A stretch of DNA of 64,000 bases from Candidatus Omnitrophota bacterium (GTDB taxonomy: Bacteria; Omnitrophota; Gorgyraeia; Duberdicusellales; 4484-171), in contig JBAZGN010000001.1 in the NCBI GenBank assembly GCA_041652815.1, forward strand, positions 573,855 to 637,854. Direction: 5' to 3'. The position numbers and the translations under genes are program-made. Shown piece by piece: positions 28,424 through 38,263 of this stretch. Position 1 is the first letter of the stretch; each line of letters starts with the position of its first letter. The notes beneath the pieces are model-generated. The model saw only the letters and a list, made by a program, of their open reading frames with translations, did not search any database and was not told where the DNA came from.

Positions 28424-29323
28424 ATGGCTAAAACTCCTTTAATATTCGGTCTTATCGGTTTCCCTATTAAGCACAGTTTTTCTCCTGCTATGCATAATGC
28501 CGCGTTTAAAAAGCTTGGCATAAACGCTGAATACAAACGATTCGAAGTAAAACCGGAGGAATTGGAAGATTTTCTTCATTCTCTTAGGGAAAAAGGTATA
28601 TGCGGTTTAAACGTTACTATTCCCTATAAAGAAAAAGTATTAGAGTTCGTAGAGTTAGAGTCAAAAAATAATTCGTTTTACGTTAAACAGATAAAAGCAG
28701 TAAATACAATAATAATTAGAGACGGTATCCTAAAATACTTTAACACCGATATACCTGGATTCGGCAGAGCTTTAGTAGAAAAAAACGGTAGCGCGAAGGA
28801 CAAACGAATAGCTATATTGGGTGCAGGCGGAGCATCGCGGGCAGTTGCCTTTGTTTTAGCTGAACATAAGGCTAAGGAAATAGCTATATACGATATTGAC
28901 AAAACAAAATCACTGAATATAGTGGAATTAATAAGAGATAGATTTCCTGATTTTCCTATTCATTCAGTAGACAATATAGAGGACTTGAAGATTAAAGAAA
29001 AAAATTTGCTAATTAATGCAACTCCGATAGGCATGAAGCCGGATGATCGTTGTTTGATAACGGAAGAAATGCTTCATAAAAATTTGTTTGTGTATGACCT
29101 CATTTATAATCCACCCGAAACAAAATTATTAGCTTTAGCAAATAAAGCGAAAATAGGGCATTCAAATGGTTTAAATATGCTTTTGTATCAAGGCGTGTGT
29201 TCCCTAGAACTTTTTATAGACCGAAAAGTACCTTTTGAAATTATCGAAGTAATGCGCCAAGCGCTTATAAATGAGATAAATAAAGTAAAACTGGACGATC
29301 GTTTCCATAAACAAGGAGATTAA
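28424..29323 (+). CDS. aroE: Shikimate dehydrogenase
   Basis: GLIGFPIKHSFSP N-terminus and GAGGASRAV NAD(P) motif. Confidence 0.8.
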   Translation: MAKTPLIFGLIGFPIKHSFSPAMHNAAFKKLGINAEYKRFEVKPEELEDFLHSLREKGICGLNVTIPYKEKVLEFVELESKNNSFYVKQIKAVNTIIIRDGILKYFNTDIPGFGRALVEKNGSAKDKRIAILGAGGASRAVAFVLAEHKAKEIAIYDIDKTKSLNIVELIRDRFPDFPIHSVDNIEDLKIKEKNLLINATPIGMKPDDRCLITEEMLHKNLFVYDLIYNPPETKLLALANKAKIGHSNGLNMLLYQGVCSLELFIDRKVPFEIIEVMRQALINEINKVKLDDRFHKQGD

Positions 29324-29325
29324 AA

Positions 29326-30168
29326 ATGCCTGAAATCCTGAGCCGAATATTGGTATTTATCTTAGGCAGCTGCGTAGGTAGCTTTCTAAATGTTTGTATC
29401 CACAGGCTCCCCAAGGATATATCTATAATTAAGCCGCGTTCTTTTTGCCCACATTGCAAACAAATGATACGCTGGTATGACAACATACCAATACTCAGTT
29501 ATTTAATATTAAAAGGAAAATGCCGCGCCTGCAATGCCGCAATTTCTCTAAGATACCCTTTCGTAGAACTCGTTACTGCCGTAATTTTTCTTGTCCTTTA
29601 CGCGCATTTTGGCCTTTGCTGGAATTTAATAAAATATCTTTTCTTCTTTTGCTTTCTTATAGTTGTTTCTTTCATAGATATAGATTATCACGCTATTCCC
29701 GCATATTTATGTTTTGTGGCGATTGCGGTTGGTTTGTTTTTTGATATAAGAGCGACAATCGTTTACTTAAAGGCAGGTATGCCTTTGGATTTTAAGTTTT
29801 TGCCAATATTTAGGGCTTTTAGGGCATTACTTTTCGGCTTAGGATTTACATATCTTTTTAAGCTGTTTGGTGATATATTCATTAACATATATCTTGCATT
29901 ACGCAAAAAAGAATCAATAGAAGGCGAGAAAGAATCTTTGGGGCTTGGTGATGTTGATTTTATGGGAGTGGTTGGAATTTTTCTTGGGATAAAAGCGGTT
30001 ATTTTCGTATTTTTCCTTGCTCCTTTTTTTGCGCTTCTTTATTCTGTTGTGGCAATGGTTTTTAAAAAATCGCACCTTATACCGTATTTACCTTATTTAT
30101 CCCTTGCATCTGTTGCTATGTTTTTTTGGGGAAACCATATAGTTAGATTTATAGGAATTGTTTTCTAG
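29326..30168 (+). CDS. pilD: Type IV prepilin peptidase (A24 family)
   Basis: N-terminal CxxC...CxxC zinc-binding box and polytopic membrane peptidase body. Confidence 0.8.
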   Translation: MPEILSRILVFILGSCVGSFLNVCIHRLPKDISIIKPRSFCPHCKQMIRWYDNIPILSYLILKGKCRACNAAISLRYPFVELVTAVIFLVLYAHFGLCWNLIKYLFFFCFLIVVSFIDIDYHAIPAYLCFVAIAVGLFFDIRATIVYLKAGMPLDFKFLPIFRAFRALLFGLGFTYLFKLFGDIFINIYLALRKKESIEGEKESLGLGDVDFMGVVGIFLGIKAVIFVFFLAPFFALLYSVVAMVFKKSHLIPYLPYLSLASVAMFFWGNHIVRFIGIVF

Positions 30169-30169
30169 A

Positions 30170-30262
30170 AGCGGATTCCCGCGGATAGCAACGCGGATTT
30201 ACGCAAGCGAGCTATGAGCGTTTATCCGCGTATAGATCCACGGATATCCGCCTCTACAGTGG
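30170..30262. promoter_or_regulatory. Word IR cluster (CGCGGAT / ATCCGCG words) upstream of aroC
   Basis: gcggattcccgcggatagcaacgcggattt ... tatccgcgtatagatccacggatatccgcc. Confidence 0.45.
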
Positions 30263-30269
30263 AGGTACA

Positions 30270-31406
30270 ATGAGAATACTAACTGCGGGAGAATCTCACG
30301 GAGAATATTTAAGTACAATCATAGAAGGTTTCCCCAAAGGCGTACGCATTGAGCAGGATTTTATAAATCAGGAATTAAAAAGGCGAATGTCTGGTGTCGG
30401 CCGCGGCAAGAGAATGTCTTTAGAAGATGATAAAGTAGAAATTATATCGGGCCTGCGTAATAAAATCACCCTCGGAAGCCCCATAACCATACTGGTTAAG
30501 AATAAGGATGTAAAAATATTCTCCCAAAACAAAGATGAATTCCCGCCTCTTTACATACCAAGGCCTGCCCATGCGGATTTATCCGGAGCGCTTAAATATA
30601 ATGAATCCGATATCAGAAATATTCTTGAAAGAGCTTCCGCGCGGGAAACTGTTTCCAGAGTATGCGTAGGTGCAGTTTGCAAGCAATTTCTTTTAAACTT
30701 TAACATAGATATAGCAAGTTTTACAGCTGGCGTAGGCACTATTCTGTCAGAATTAAAACCAAAGAGCGTTTCGGATATCAAAGCAAAAACAAAAGTATCG
30801 CAGCTTAATTGCATTGACCAGAAAAAAGAAAAATTGATGATTAAGGAAATAGAAAAATCCCAAACAGAGAAAGACAGCTTGGGCGGGATTACGGAAATCT
30901 GGATAGAAGGAGTTCCCTGTGGCCTTGGTACATTTATGCATTTTGACAAGCGGCTTGATAGTAAACTTGCATATTATCTTATGAGTATACCGGCGGTTAA
31001 AGGGGTCGAAGTCGGCCTTGGTTTTGAATATGCTAAAATGCGCGGTTCTTTGTCTCACGATGAAATTTACTATTCTAAAGCTAAAGGTTTTTATAGAAAT
31101 ACCAATAATTCAGGAGGCATAGAGGGTGGGATTTCAACTGGAGAGCCGATTGTTTTAAGAATAGCGATGAAACCCATTGCAACTTTAAGAAGGCCGCTTA
31201 AATCGGTAAATTTAATTACTAAGAGCGCGGAAAAAGCCATAGTCGAGCGTTCAGATACCTGTGCAATAGCCGCTTGTGCGATTATTGCCGAAGGTATGAG
31301 CGCTATAGCGATAACCGAAAGTTTCCTTGAGAAGTTCGGTAGCGACACCCTTTCAGAGATAAAAACAGCATATCGTACATATGCCAAAAATCTTGACAAT
31401 CTATAA
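30270..31406 (+). CDS. aroC: Chorismate synthase
   Basis: TAGESHG N-terminus and full AroC core. Confidence 0.85.
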   Translation: MRILTAGESHGEYLSTIIEGFPKGVRIEQDFINQELKRRMSGVGRGKRMSLEDDKVEIISGLRNKITLGSPITILVKNKDVKIFSQNKDEFPPLYIPRPAHADLSGALKYNESDIRNILERASARETVSRVCVGAVCKQFLLNFNIDIASFTAGVGTILSELKPKSVSDIKAKTKVSQLNCIDQKKEKLMIKEIEKSQTEKDSLGGITEIWIEGVPCGLGTFMHFDKRLDSKLAYYLMSIPAVKGVEVGLGFEYAKMRGSLSHDEIYYSKAKGFYRNTNNSGGIEGGISTGEPIVLRIAMKPIATLRRPLKSVNLITKSAEKAIVERSDTCAIAACAIIAEGMSAIAITESFLEKFGSDTLSEIKTAYRTYAKNLDNL

Positions 31407-31494
31407 ATTTTCTGTAAAATTTTTACTTATTCCTGCTGTTAGAACCCCATGGGGGACCCAGGTAACTGTTGTAAAGTTATGAGGAGGTGAATGA

Positions 31495-31845
31495 ATGATT
31501 AAGTTACACAGGATTACTTTATGTATTTTATGTTTGGTGGCGTCGGCAATTGTGAATTTACCTGTTACATTTTCACAAAATATTACCGAGCCCGTTATAA
31601 AAGAAGCTTCAGGCAAGATACTTTCTGTAAACATATTAGATTCAACTGTGGTTGCGAGATTTTCTAGCGACGAAACTGGAGAAAGCTATAACGACGTTAT
31701 GCTTTCAGTGGATAGTGATACCTTAATAACGAGTCAGGATTCCAGTTTAGCTATTTCTGATTTAAAACCCGAAAGCAAAGTAGTAATAGTTTACGAAACT
31801 AACTCCGACGGTCAAAATACAGCAAAATCGATAATGGTAAGATAA
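31495..31845 (+). CDS. Hypothetical secreted protein
   Basis: Signal peptide; RBS AGGAGGTGAATG. Confidence 0.4.
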   Translation: MIKLHRITLCILCLVASAIVNLPVTFSQNITEPVIKEASGKILSVNILDSTVVARFSSDETGESYNDVMLSVDSDTLITSQDSSLAISDLKPESKVVIVYETNSDGQNTAKSIMVR

Positions 31846-31894
31846 TATGAATAATGCAATGGAAAGTTATTCTAATAATCATAAGGAGAAAAAA

Positions 31895-32329
31895 ATGAAA
31901 AAAATTGTATTTTTAATGGTATGTATACTGGTACTTTCTATTTCCTGTGCTAAGAAGGCCGAAAAACCTCAGTCGGATTTGGAATCTGAAATGATTATGC
32001 CGGAAGCTGGCAGCACGTTGGAAGCGCAACCAGCCGAAGGGGCAGTTGCGAAAGACGCTTTAACGCAACAGTTGCCTGCTCAGACAGTAGTTGTTCCTGA
32101 AAAGCCTTCTGCAGAAGACATCCAAAAAGCACTAAAGAATGCCGGTTTATATACAGGAAATATTGATGGCAAAATAGGCCCAAAAACAAAAAAAGCCATT
32201 GAGGCATTTCAGTCACAAAACGGTTTAACCGTTGATGGAAAAGTTGGTGCAAGAACTTGGGAAAAGCTTGGAGTTTATTTGACTAAAGTAGAGGACGCGC
32301 CATCTGCAACGAGTGGTAATCTTCAGTAA
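31895..32329 (+). CDS. Lipoprotein with C-terminal peptidoglycan-binding domain (PG_binding_1)
   Basis: Lipobox LSISC. LKNAG.YTG.IDGKIGPKTKKAIEAFQ..NGL..DG.VG..TW. Start moved to MKKIVFL after RBS AAGGAG. Confidence 0.6.
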   Translation: MKKIVFLMVCILVLSISCAKKAEKPQSDLESEMIMPEAGSTLEAQPAEGAVAKDALTQQLPAQTVVVPEKPSAEDIQKALKNAGLYTGNIDGKIGPKTKKAIEAFQSQNGLTVDGKVGARTWEKLGVYLTKVEDAPSATSGNLQ

Positions 32330-32397
32330 TTTTTTAAGAAAATATCCGCGGATAAACGTTTTTAACTAATATACGTAGAAGGAAAATGATATGGCCT

Positions 32398-32535
32398 ATT
32401 AAAGAAGATACTTCGGACGCTCTTATTTATCGCGTCCTCAGTATCAATTCGCACTATCATTTTTTCTGCGCCACGCCCGCATAGCGGCGGTCAGGGCTTG
32501 AAAAAATGATGTGCCCATTGAGGAGGTGTTTAATG
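32398..32535. promoter_or_regulatory. Modular 5' leader, copy 1: conserved AAGATACTTCGGACGCTCTTAT(T/C)TATCGCGTCCTCAGTATCAATTCGC + variable long hairpin + conserved CATTGAGGAGGTGTTT RBS
   Basis: Same architecture at ~39056-39192 upstream of spoVG. The middle hairpins differ in sequence but each is a perfect ~10-bp stem. Confidence 0.6.
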
Positions 32536-32952
32536 TTTTCAAGGATTTTATTGTCCGTAGTAATTATTTTGGCCTTGGCAGGGTGCGCAACAACAAAGAA
32601 AACTGCTACAGGTAGCGAAGTAGAAGAGCTTCGAACGAAAGTTTCCGATCTCGAAAAGCAATTACAGGAAAAAGACGAAGAAGTCCGCGACTTGGAAGAA
32701 AGATTATCTAAGATAAAAACACCCGAATCAGAAGAAATAGTAAATGCACAGGAAGTAGACATTTCTAAGGTTACGCCAAAGAGAATTCAAACTGCTTTGA
32801 AGAATGCGGGATTTTATTCTGGTGCAATAGACGGGAAAATAGGCAGAAAGACCAAAGAGGCAATTAAAGAATTTCAAAAAGCAAATAATTTAAAGCCCGA
32901 TGGAATCGTTGGTAAGCAAACTTGGGCCAGATTGCTTAAATATTTAGAATAA
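32533..32952 (+). CDS. Lipoprotein with coiled-coil segment and C-terminal peptidoglycan-binding domain
   Basis: Lipobox LAGC. PG_binding_1 motif (LKNAGFYSGAIDGKIGRKTKEAIKEFQ). Paralog of 31895..32329. Confidence 0.6.
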   Translation: MFSRILLSVVIILALAGCATTKKTATGSEVEELRTKVSDLEKQLQEKDEEVRDLEERLSKIKTPESEEIVNAQEVDISKVTPKRIQTALKNAGFYSGAIDGKIGRKTKEAIKEFQKANNLKPDGIVGKQTWARLLKYLE

Positions 32953-33029
32953 TTATGGATAAAAAACCGGTTATTTCCTTTGTCAGCCTGAAAGCTGAAA
33001 ACTTGAAGGCTGAAAGTTTATCGAGAAGA

Positions 33030-33989
33030 ATGCTACGTAATAGCATTATAGGTTCTAGTTTATTCTTATCGATTTTTATTTTTTCAATCTTTATAGTTCC
33101 GGCTTTTGCAGGAACCAACGAAGAGAAAAAAAACGAAGATTTAAAGCTTCTTCAGGAAAAATTTACCTGGTGGCCGAGCGATGCGAAGCCTGATCCGGTA
33201 AAAGATGAAAAAACAGGAGGCTTCTGGTGGTGGCCAACTAATCCCGGCCAGGCATCACCCTGGGGAAATCGTGGTTATGTTTATGTCTACAAGATAATTT
33301 TTGATTATAAGGAGGAAGAGCTCCCACCGCCGCAGGCCCAGGAAAAAAGGCCATCGCTTCTCATTAAGAAAATAATCAAAAATGTAAAAGTGTATTTTGA
33401 TTTTGATAGCGCTATCTTAAGAGATGATGCTATAACCATATTGGAAGGCGCTGTAAAAACTTTGAACAAAAATCCGCAAACGAATATTCTAATAACCGGT
33501 AACTGCGATACCCGTGGCTCGGAAAGCTACAATTTAAAGCTCGGAAGTAAGCGTGCGTATTCAGTTAAGAATTTCATGATTGAAAATGGTATACCAGAAG
33601 AGCGTATTAAGATAGTAAGCCGAGGAAAGCTTGATGCCGTTAGCCCGGTAACAGACCTGCCGGGGATGCAAAAAGACAGGAATGCTCAATTTATGATTGC
33701 CGAGGTAGAAGAGGTTATGATTCCTTATAACGGAGAAGGCATGCCGGCAGATGCAACTCGAGTAGAAGAAGGAAAATTTGTCGAAGAGGTTGAGGAGCCG
33801 GTTGAGAGTGAAGTTAAAGTTTCAACAAGAGAGTATACGATAAAAAAAGGCGATACACTTTGGAAAATTGCAGAGCATGAGTTAGGTAAGGGGCACCGCT
33901 GGAAATATATCTATGAATTAAACAAGGATGTTATTAAAAACCCCAACAAACTTAAAGCGGGTAAGAAAATTTTGATACCAGTTGAATAA
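33030..33989 (+). CDS. OmpA-family protein with C-terminal LysM domain
   Basis: OmpA_C core (VYFDFDSAIL...GNCDTRGSESYNLKLGSKRA) and LysM (YTIKKGDTLWKIA). Start moved to MLRNSII; upstream codons lie in a family B repeat. Confidence 0.7.
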   Translation: MLRNSIIGSSLFLSIFIFSIFIVPAFAGTNEEKKNEDLKLLQEKFTWWPSDAKPDPVKDEKTGGFWWWPTNPGQASPWGNRGYVYVYKIIFDYKEEELPPPQAQEKRPSLLIKKIIKNVKVYFDFDSAILRDDAITILEGAVKTLNKNPQTNILITGNCDTRGSESYNLKLGSKRAYSVKNFMIENGIPEERIKIVSRGKLDAVSPVTDLPGMQKDRNAQFMIAEVEEVMIPYNGEGMPADATRVEEGKFVEEVEEPVESEVKVSTREYTIKKGDTLWKIAEHELGKGHRWKYIYELNKDVIKNPNKLKAGKKILIPVE

Positions 33990-34073
33990 TTAATTTTAGG
34001 TCGAGAGGAAAAACGCTGACGCTAACTATAATAGTGTCAGCGTTTTTTAATATGTAAATGCAATTAAAAAACA

Positions 34074-34520
34074 TTGCCTTTTTCTTTGTATTGTTTTAAA
34101 ATGAATCTAACTATGAAAATCATAACTATTCTTATTTTCGCACTTATCATGTTTATCCCAGGGTTTTTTACTTATGCAGTAGAAAAAACGATAGGCGATA
34201 CAATAGTAGAAACCGGACACTGCGATAGGGATATTATGCCGTTTTTGGAAACAGCAGCAGCGAAGTGGGGAGAGCATTTTATTAAAATATACGGCGAATG
34301 TAATAATGGGAGTATATCAATAAGAATAGATTCAAGTGGAAAATACGAAACATTTAATGAGATTAAAAAAACAAGCTTTTCTTTCGTAAAAGAATTAGCG
34401 CTGATATTTCCTTTATCTACCGCTCAGGTTGAAGTTTTTCCTGCAGAAGTTGAAAAATCATGGCATATTATCCGGTGGGAGGTAAAAAACGGAGAGATAA
34501 CTTCCTATCAGGAAAACTAG
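34074..34520 (+). CDS. Hypothetical membrane-anchored protein
   Basis: ORF with a single TM; no motif. Confidence 0.3.
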   Translation: MPFSLYCFKMNLTMKIITILIFALIMFIPGFFTYAVEKTIGDTIVETGHCDRDIMPFLETAAAKWGEHFIKIYGECNNGSISIRIDSSGKYETFNEIKKTSFSFVKELALIFPLSTAQVEVFPAEVEKSWHIIRWEVKNGEITSYQEN

Positions 34521-34639
34521 CTGAGTTACCATTCTAACCCTCAAAGAATATTTAAAACAAATCATATATGCGTCCGGGAAAACGTTTTCATAATTGCTAT
34601 TAACAAATTTGTTTTACTGTCAATTATATGTTATTTTTT

Positions 34640-34775
34640 AGGTAGTTATATCTAAAAAGTTACGGATGTTACGAAAATTACGTTAACCATTCCGCCGATG
34701 ACGGAATGGTTAAGTTACGAAGGTTACAATAAACTAAGTGTCTTAACGGTAACCTTCGTAACATATAATACGGGG
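34640..34775. promoter_or_regulatory. Two nested perfect hairpins of GTTACG/TAACC words (ttaaccattccgccgatgacggaatggttaa; ttacgaaggttac...gtaaccttcgtaa)
   Basis: Seen directly. Precedes RBS GGGGGAGGTG of the 34786 gene. Confidence 0.5.
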
Positions 34776-34785
34776 GAGGTGTTAT

Positions 34786-35199
34786 ATGAAGATAACAATA
34801 TTTGTCATATTTTTGTTGGTATTTTCTTGCGGTATGTCTCGCGAGGTTTTTGCCGAATATCCTGAATTAATTGGAAGGGAACTTACAATGCACGGGCCTT
34901 ATTCCTGGCAAAGCCTCGGTGTTGCTCTTAGTGAAAGAAAAGGCGATGATTTGATATACGCCTATAGGATGCGAGACAAAAATGCATTTACGGCAATACT
35001 TGAATCTTATGATGTGTTAAGAGTTACAAAAGATACCAGAGTGCTTGTGCTTGATGAAGAACTTTTGAAAGGCAAGGCGCATGTTGTAATTACCAGCGGA
35101 ATCTATAAAGGTATGTCTGGTTGGGTCCCTATTGAATGGATTAAAGGAAATAACCGGCATTATCTTTCCAGAGAAGGAGTTGGAAAAAACAAGATTTGA
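34786..35199 (+). CDS. Hypothetical secreted protein
   Basis: Signal peptide; strong RBS. Confidence 0.4.
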   Translation: MKITIFVIFLLVFSCGMSREVFAEYPELIGRELTMHGPYSWQSLGVALSERKGDDLIYAYRMRDKNAFTAILESYDVLRVTKDTRVLVLDEELLKGKAHVVITSGIYKGMSGWVPIEWIKGNNRHYLSREGVGKNKI

Positions 35200-35329
35200 T
35201 TTTTTAGCTTATATCCATATTTTTGTTGAAAAAAATCTTGCAGGTAGTATCATTATCAAAGATATGGATATTTATTAGACTTTAAAGCGGCTCATATAAA
35301 TGAGCCGCTTTTTGTTTTTAAGACACAGA

Positions 35330-35412
35330 TGCTAATAATTTAGCAGATAGCGTTTAGCGTAGGGCGTGGAGAGACCTACTAAACGCTATCTGCTATACAC
35401 TAAACGCTATAA
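35330..35412. promoter_or_regulatory. Perfect 16-bp inverted repeat AGCAGATAGCGTTTAG / CTAAACGCTATCTGCT plus an extra CTAAACGCTAT copy
   Basis: Seen directly upstream of 35426. Confidence 0.5.
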
Positions 35413-35425
35413 AAGGGGGTAATAA

Positions 35426-35833
35426 ATGAAAAAAATTCTATTTATTTTAGGCTGTTTGGTAGTTATGCTAAATTTATGCAGTTATGCGCAAAGCACTTAT
35501 GACGGCAAGGAATGGATATTATTGAACAGATATATAGAGGGAAGAACAATGCGTAAAGTTCTTATCCAGGGTATTTGCGAAGGAGCAGAAGTTATGCAAG
35601 GCGAACGCGCAAGGCAAATTTATTATATAGGTAATTATGAACAACTTGCATTAATAATTGATGAGTTCTATAATGACGAGAAAAATTTATCCATACCAGT
35701 TACCCATGCTTTATTTATAGCTTCAATGAAGCTTAAGAATAAGCCTAAGAGCGAAATCGACGAAGCTATTAAGAAGTTTCGTGAGGGTTACAGAATGCAA
35801 TTTATGAAAGAAGAAAACAAAAGCGAAAAATAA
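35426..35833 (+). CDS. Hypothetical secreted protein
   Basis: Signal peptide; RBS AAGGGGG. Confidence 0.4.
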   Translation: MKKILFILGCLVVMLNLCSYAQSTYDGKEWILLNRYIEGRTMRKVLIQGICEGAEVMQGERARQIYYIGNYEQLALIIDEFYNDEKNLSIPVTHALFIASMKLKNKPKSEIDEAIKKFREGYRMQFMKEENKSEK

Positions 35834-35897
35834 TTAGCTCCTATGGCCAATCTTTTTATATAAGTTGACATAAAAAAAGGATATGATAAATTAAAAA

Positions 35898-36272
35898 TTG
35901 ATGATAGAACAACGGCAGCATCTTAGAATAAATAAATCAGCAATCGTGCGCTTTAGGCTTTCAGGAGGCCATTTGGGCATGTCTTCCCGGTGTGAGGATA
36001 TTTCCGAAGGGGGTATGCGCCTAAATGTCTTACAAAGGCTTGACTTGGGCATGAACCTTAATTTAAATTTCAAACTGGATGATTATGCAGAGTCAATTAT
36101 CGCCAAGGCAAAAATAATATGGCAGGATAGCAGAGATAACGCCTATTATCCTTTTGCAGTAGGTTTAAAGTTCTTTAAAATAAATTCTGCTGATAGTAAA
36201 AAAATACATAATTACGTAAACAAAACAATTTGTAAAGAAGATTCAGAGGATACTACCAAAATTACGAGCTAA
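35898..36272 (+). CDS. PilZ-domain protein (putative c-di-GMP receptor)
   Basis: RQHLR...DISEGGMRL PilZ signature. Confidence 0.6.
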   Translation: MMIEQRQHLRINKSAIVRFRLSGGHLGMSSRCEDISEGGMRLNVLQRLDLGMNLNLNFKLDDYAESIIAKAKIIWQDSRDNAYYPFAVGLKFFKINSADSKKIHNYVNKTICKEDSEDTTKITS

Positions 36273-36297
36273 CTCTGGTTATCTTTATCCCGTTTAT

Positions 36298-37140
36298 ATG
36301 AATTATAAAATAAAGAGAAGCATAACGAGAGAAAGCATTCTATTCCTAGTATTCTTAACTGGGATTTTGTTGATAACGTTAGCACCAAATTACAAAACAA
36401 TAGCTATAGCAGAGCAATCCAGCAAAAGTTTTTTTTCCGGTAAACTTTTTGTAGTTATCCCGGATGGTATTAGTTTGCCACCGGATGGCGTAAATGATTC
36501 ATACGTAGTAAAATATTTATTTTTGCATAAGCTTGGGCTTACATTATTATTTTTATATCTTTTGTATCTTATCATTCGATTTATTTCTTGGGCAGCCAGA
36601 AGAATAAGAGCAAAATATTCTAAGAATTTGACGAAAGGAGGCTTAAGTATGAGTATCTGGGCAAAACAAAATTGGTTTAAGCTCGGGGTATTACTGTCAT
36701 TTTTTATTATAAGCCTTTCGGTCGCCTATTATTTTGTGTTATTTTTGCCTCGCAGCCAAGAGTTTCCTGCTAAATCAGTATCAAAATCTTCCACCGAGAT
36801 TATGGAATTAGAGAATAAGTGTTTTTTAGCGGCGAGCGATTTTTTTAAAGAAAATGGATTTAATCCTAAGAATTGCGGATTTCAAAATCACTATAACAGT
36901 AAATTAAATAAATGTTTTATAAATATAAAATCAGCCAAGATGGAAGAAGGCGGGCGTTTAAGCTTTCACAAGCTGCTGTATGATGTTTATAACCGCAAAA
37001 AGTACGGTGAATATTCCTGGAAACCTGAAGATGGAAAAAACTACTGGGAAGTTAAACCATCCATCTGTTTTACGTTAGATAAATCTTGCCGGGCCGTTGA
37101 AGATTACGAGAGTTTTGCAAAAGAATATATGGAGGAATAA
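36298..37140 (+). CDS. Hypothetical membrane protein
   Basis: Several TM segments; Cys-rich C-terminal domain. Confidence 0.35.
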   Translation: MNYKIKRSITRESILFLVFLTGILLITLAPNYKTIAIAEQSSKSFFSGKLFVVIPDGISLPPDGVNDSYVVKYLFLHKLGLTLLFLYLLYLIIRFISWAARRIRAKYSKNLTKGGLSMSIWAKQNWFKLGVLLSFFIISLSVAYYFVLFLPRSQEFPAKSVSKSSTEIMELENKCFLAASDFFKENGFNPKNCGFQNHYNSKLNKCFINIKSAKMEEGGRLSFHKLLYDVYNRKKYGEYSWKPEDGKNYWEVKPSICFTLDKSCRAVEDYESFAKEYMEE

Positions 37141-37356
37141 CCCGTCCCGGAGCTTAAAATCCTCTTGCCTAAATAAGCCTCTATGCTATAATTCTCTACA
37201 TTATAAATAATATTTAGCCATTACGTTTTTAATAGCGTTACGCAAGCGTTGAGGCGGATTTAGCTTTAAGATTGTTTCGTCTAAATAAAAAATTTGAACA
37301 TAGCAAATAGCTTATTTTTGATAAAAACATAGCCCTGTAAAGGGCTTTTCACAAGT

Positions 37357-37429
37357 GCCGAGGTAGCTCAGTCGGTAGAGCGATGGACTGAAAATCCATG
37401 CGTGGGGAGTTCGATTCTCTCCCTCGGCA
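37357..37429 (+). tRNA. tRNA-Phe (GAA)
   Basis: Cloverleaf with acceptor GCCGAGG/CCTCGGC, anticodon loop CTGAAAA, T-loop GTTCGATTC. Preceded by hairpin agccctgtaaagggct. Confidence 0.85.
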
Positions 37430-37642
37430 CTGTTTATTTTGCTTGAGTTTTACGGTATTGTTTTTCTCAACTTCCAACAGCTGGCCGATAATTGATATTA
37501 AATGATTTTTGCGGTTCTTATCCTAAAAAATTAACAACTCTTCTTGCATCTTCGACAGCCTTCACCGGTTTTGTATTCACTCGAAGCCATAGTAAACGCT
37601 ATATCATTATTCAATCTCAGGCCTTTTAATTTATAAGCAAAG

Positions 37643-38215
37643 ATGAATGAAACAGAACTTATAGGGCGCTGTATAAACAAGGAAAAACAAGCGTGGGATA
37701 TCTTTGTTGAGCGTTACAGCAGGTTGATTTATTGGGCAATCAGAAAACGGCTTAAGGCGAGCAGCTTTACATTTAGCGAAGATGATGTTCAGAATATTTT
37801 TCAGGAAGTATTTCTTTCTATCCTTGAAGGCGAAAAGCTTACTCAGTTAAGAGATGCCAAGCTGATTTGCAGCTGGTTGGCAATGATAGCTTCCAATAAA
37901 GCCTTTGATTTTATGCGGGGAACGCTTCGTAACAAGCAGCGTTTCATCGCAGATGTTATATTATTGAAGAATAAGGATTGCGAGCAAAATTTATCCGATA
38001 GAGAAACTATAAACATTCTAGAAAACATAATTAATACCCTCTCTGACCGGGAAAAAATCATTATTTCTTTGAATCTTCTTGAAGAAAAAACACATAAGGA
38101 AATTTCCGGTATCCTGGGGATACCCATTAATACCGCCTCAACCATAATTGCCAGGACTAAAGAAAAAATCAAAAAAGAACTGGGTAAATATGGAATAAGC
38201 GGGCAATCTATTTGA
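37643..38215 (+). CDS. ECF-type RNA polymerase sigma-70 factor
   Basis: Sigma-70 region 2 (IFVERYSRLIYWAIRKRL...FQEVFLSI) and region 4 HTH. Confidence 0.8.
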   Translation: MNETELIGRCINKEKQAWDIFVERYSRLIYWAIRKRLKASSFTFSEDDVQNIFQEVFLSILEGEKLTQLRDAKLICSWLAMIASNKAFDFMRGTLRNKQRFIADVILLKNKDCEQNLSDRETINILENIINTLSDREKIIISLNLLEEKTHKEISGILGIPINTASTIIARTKEKIKKELGKYGISGQSI

Positions 38216-38263
38216 GTTGAAAGAAAATGCCAAGTTCAATCGTCTATTAAAGAGGAGAAGGAA

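Noticed and set aside
30551-31399. Several 100-130-aa minus-strand ORFs (30551..30949, 30753..31058, 31091..31399)
   Set aside because: All antisense to aroC, which has unambiguous homology.
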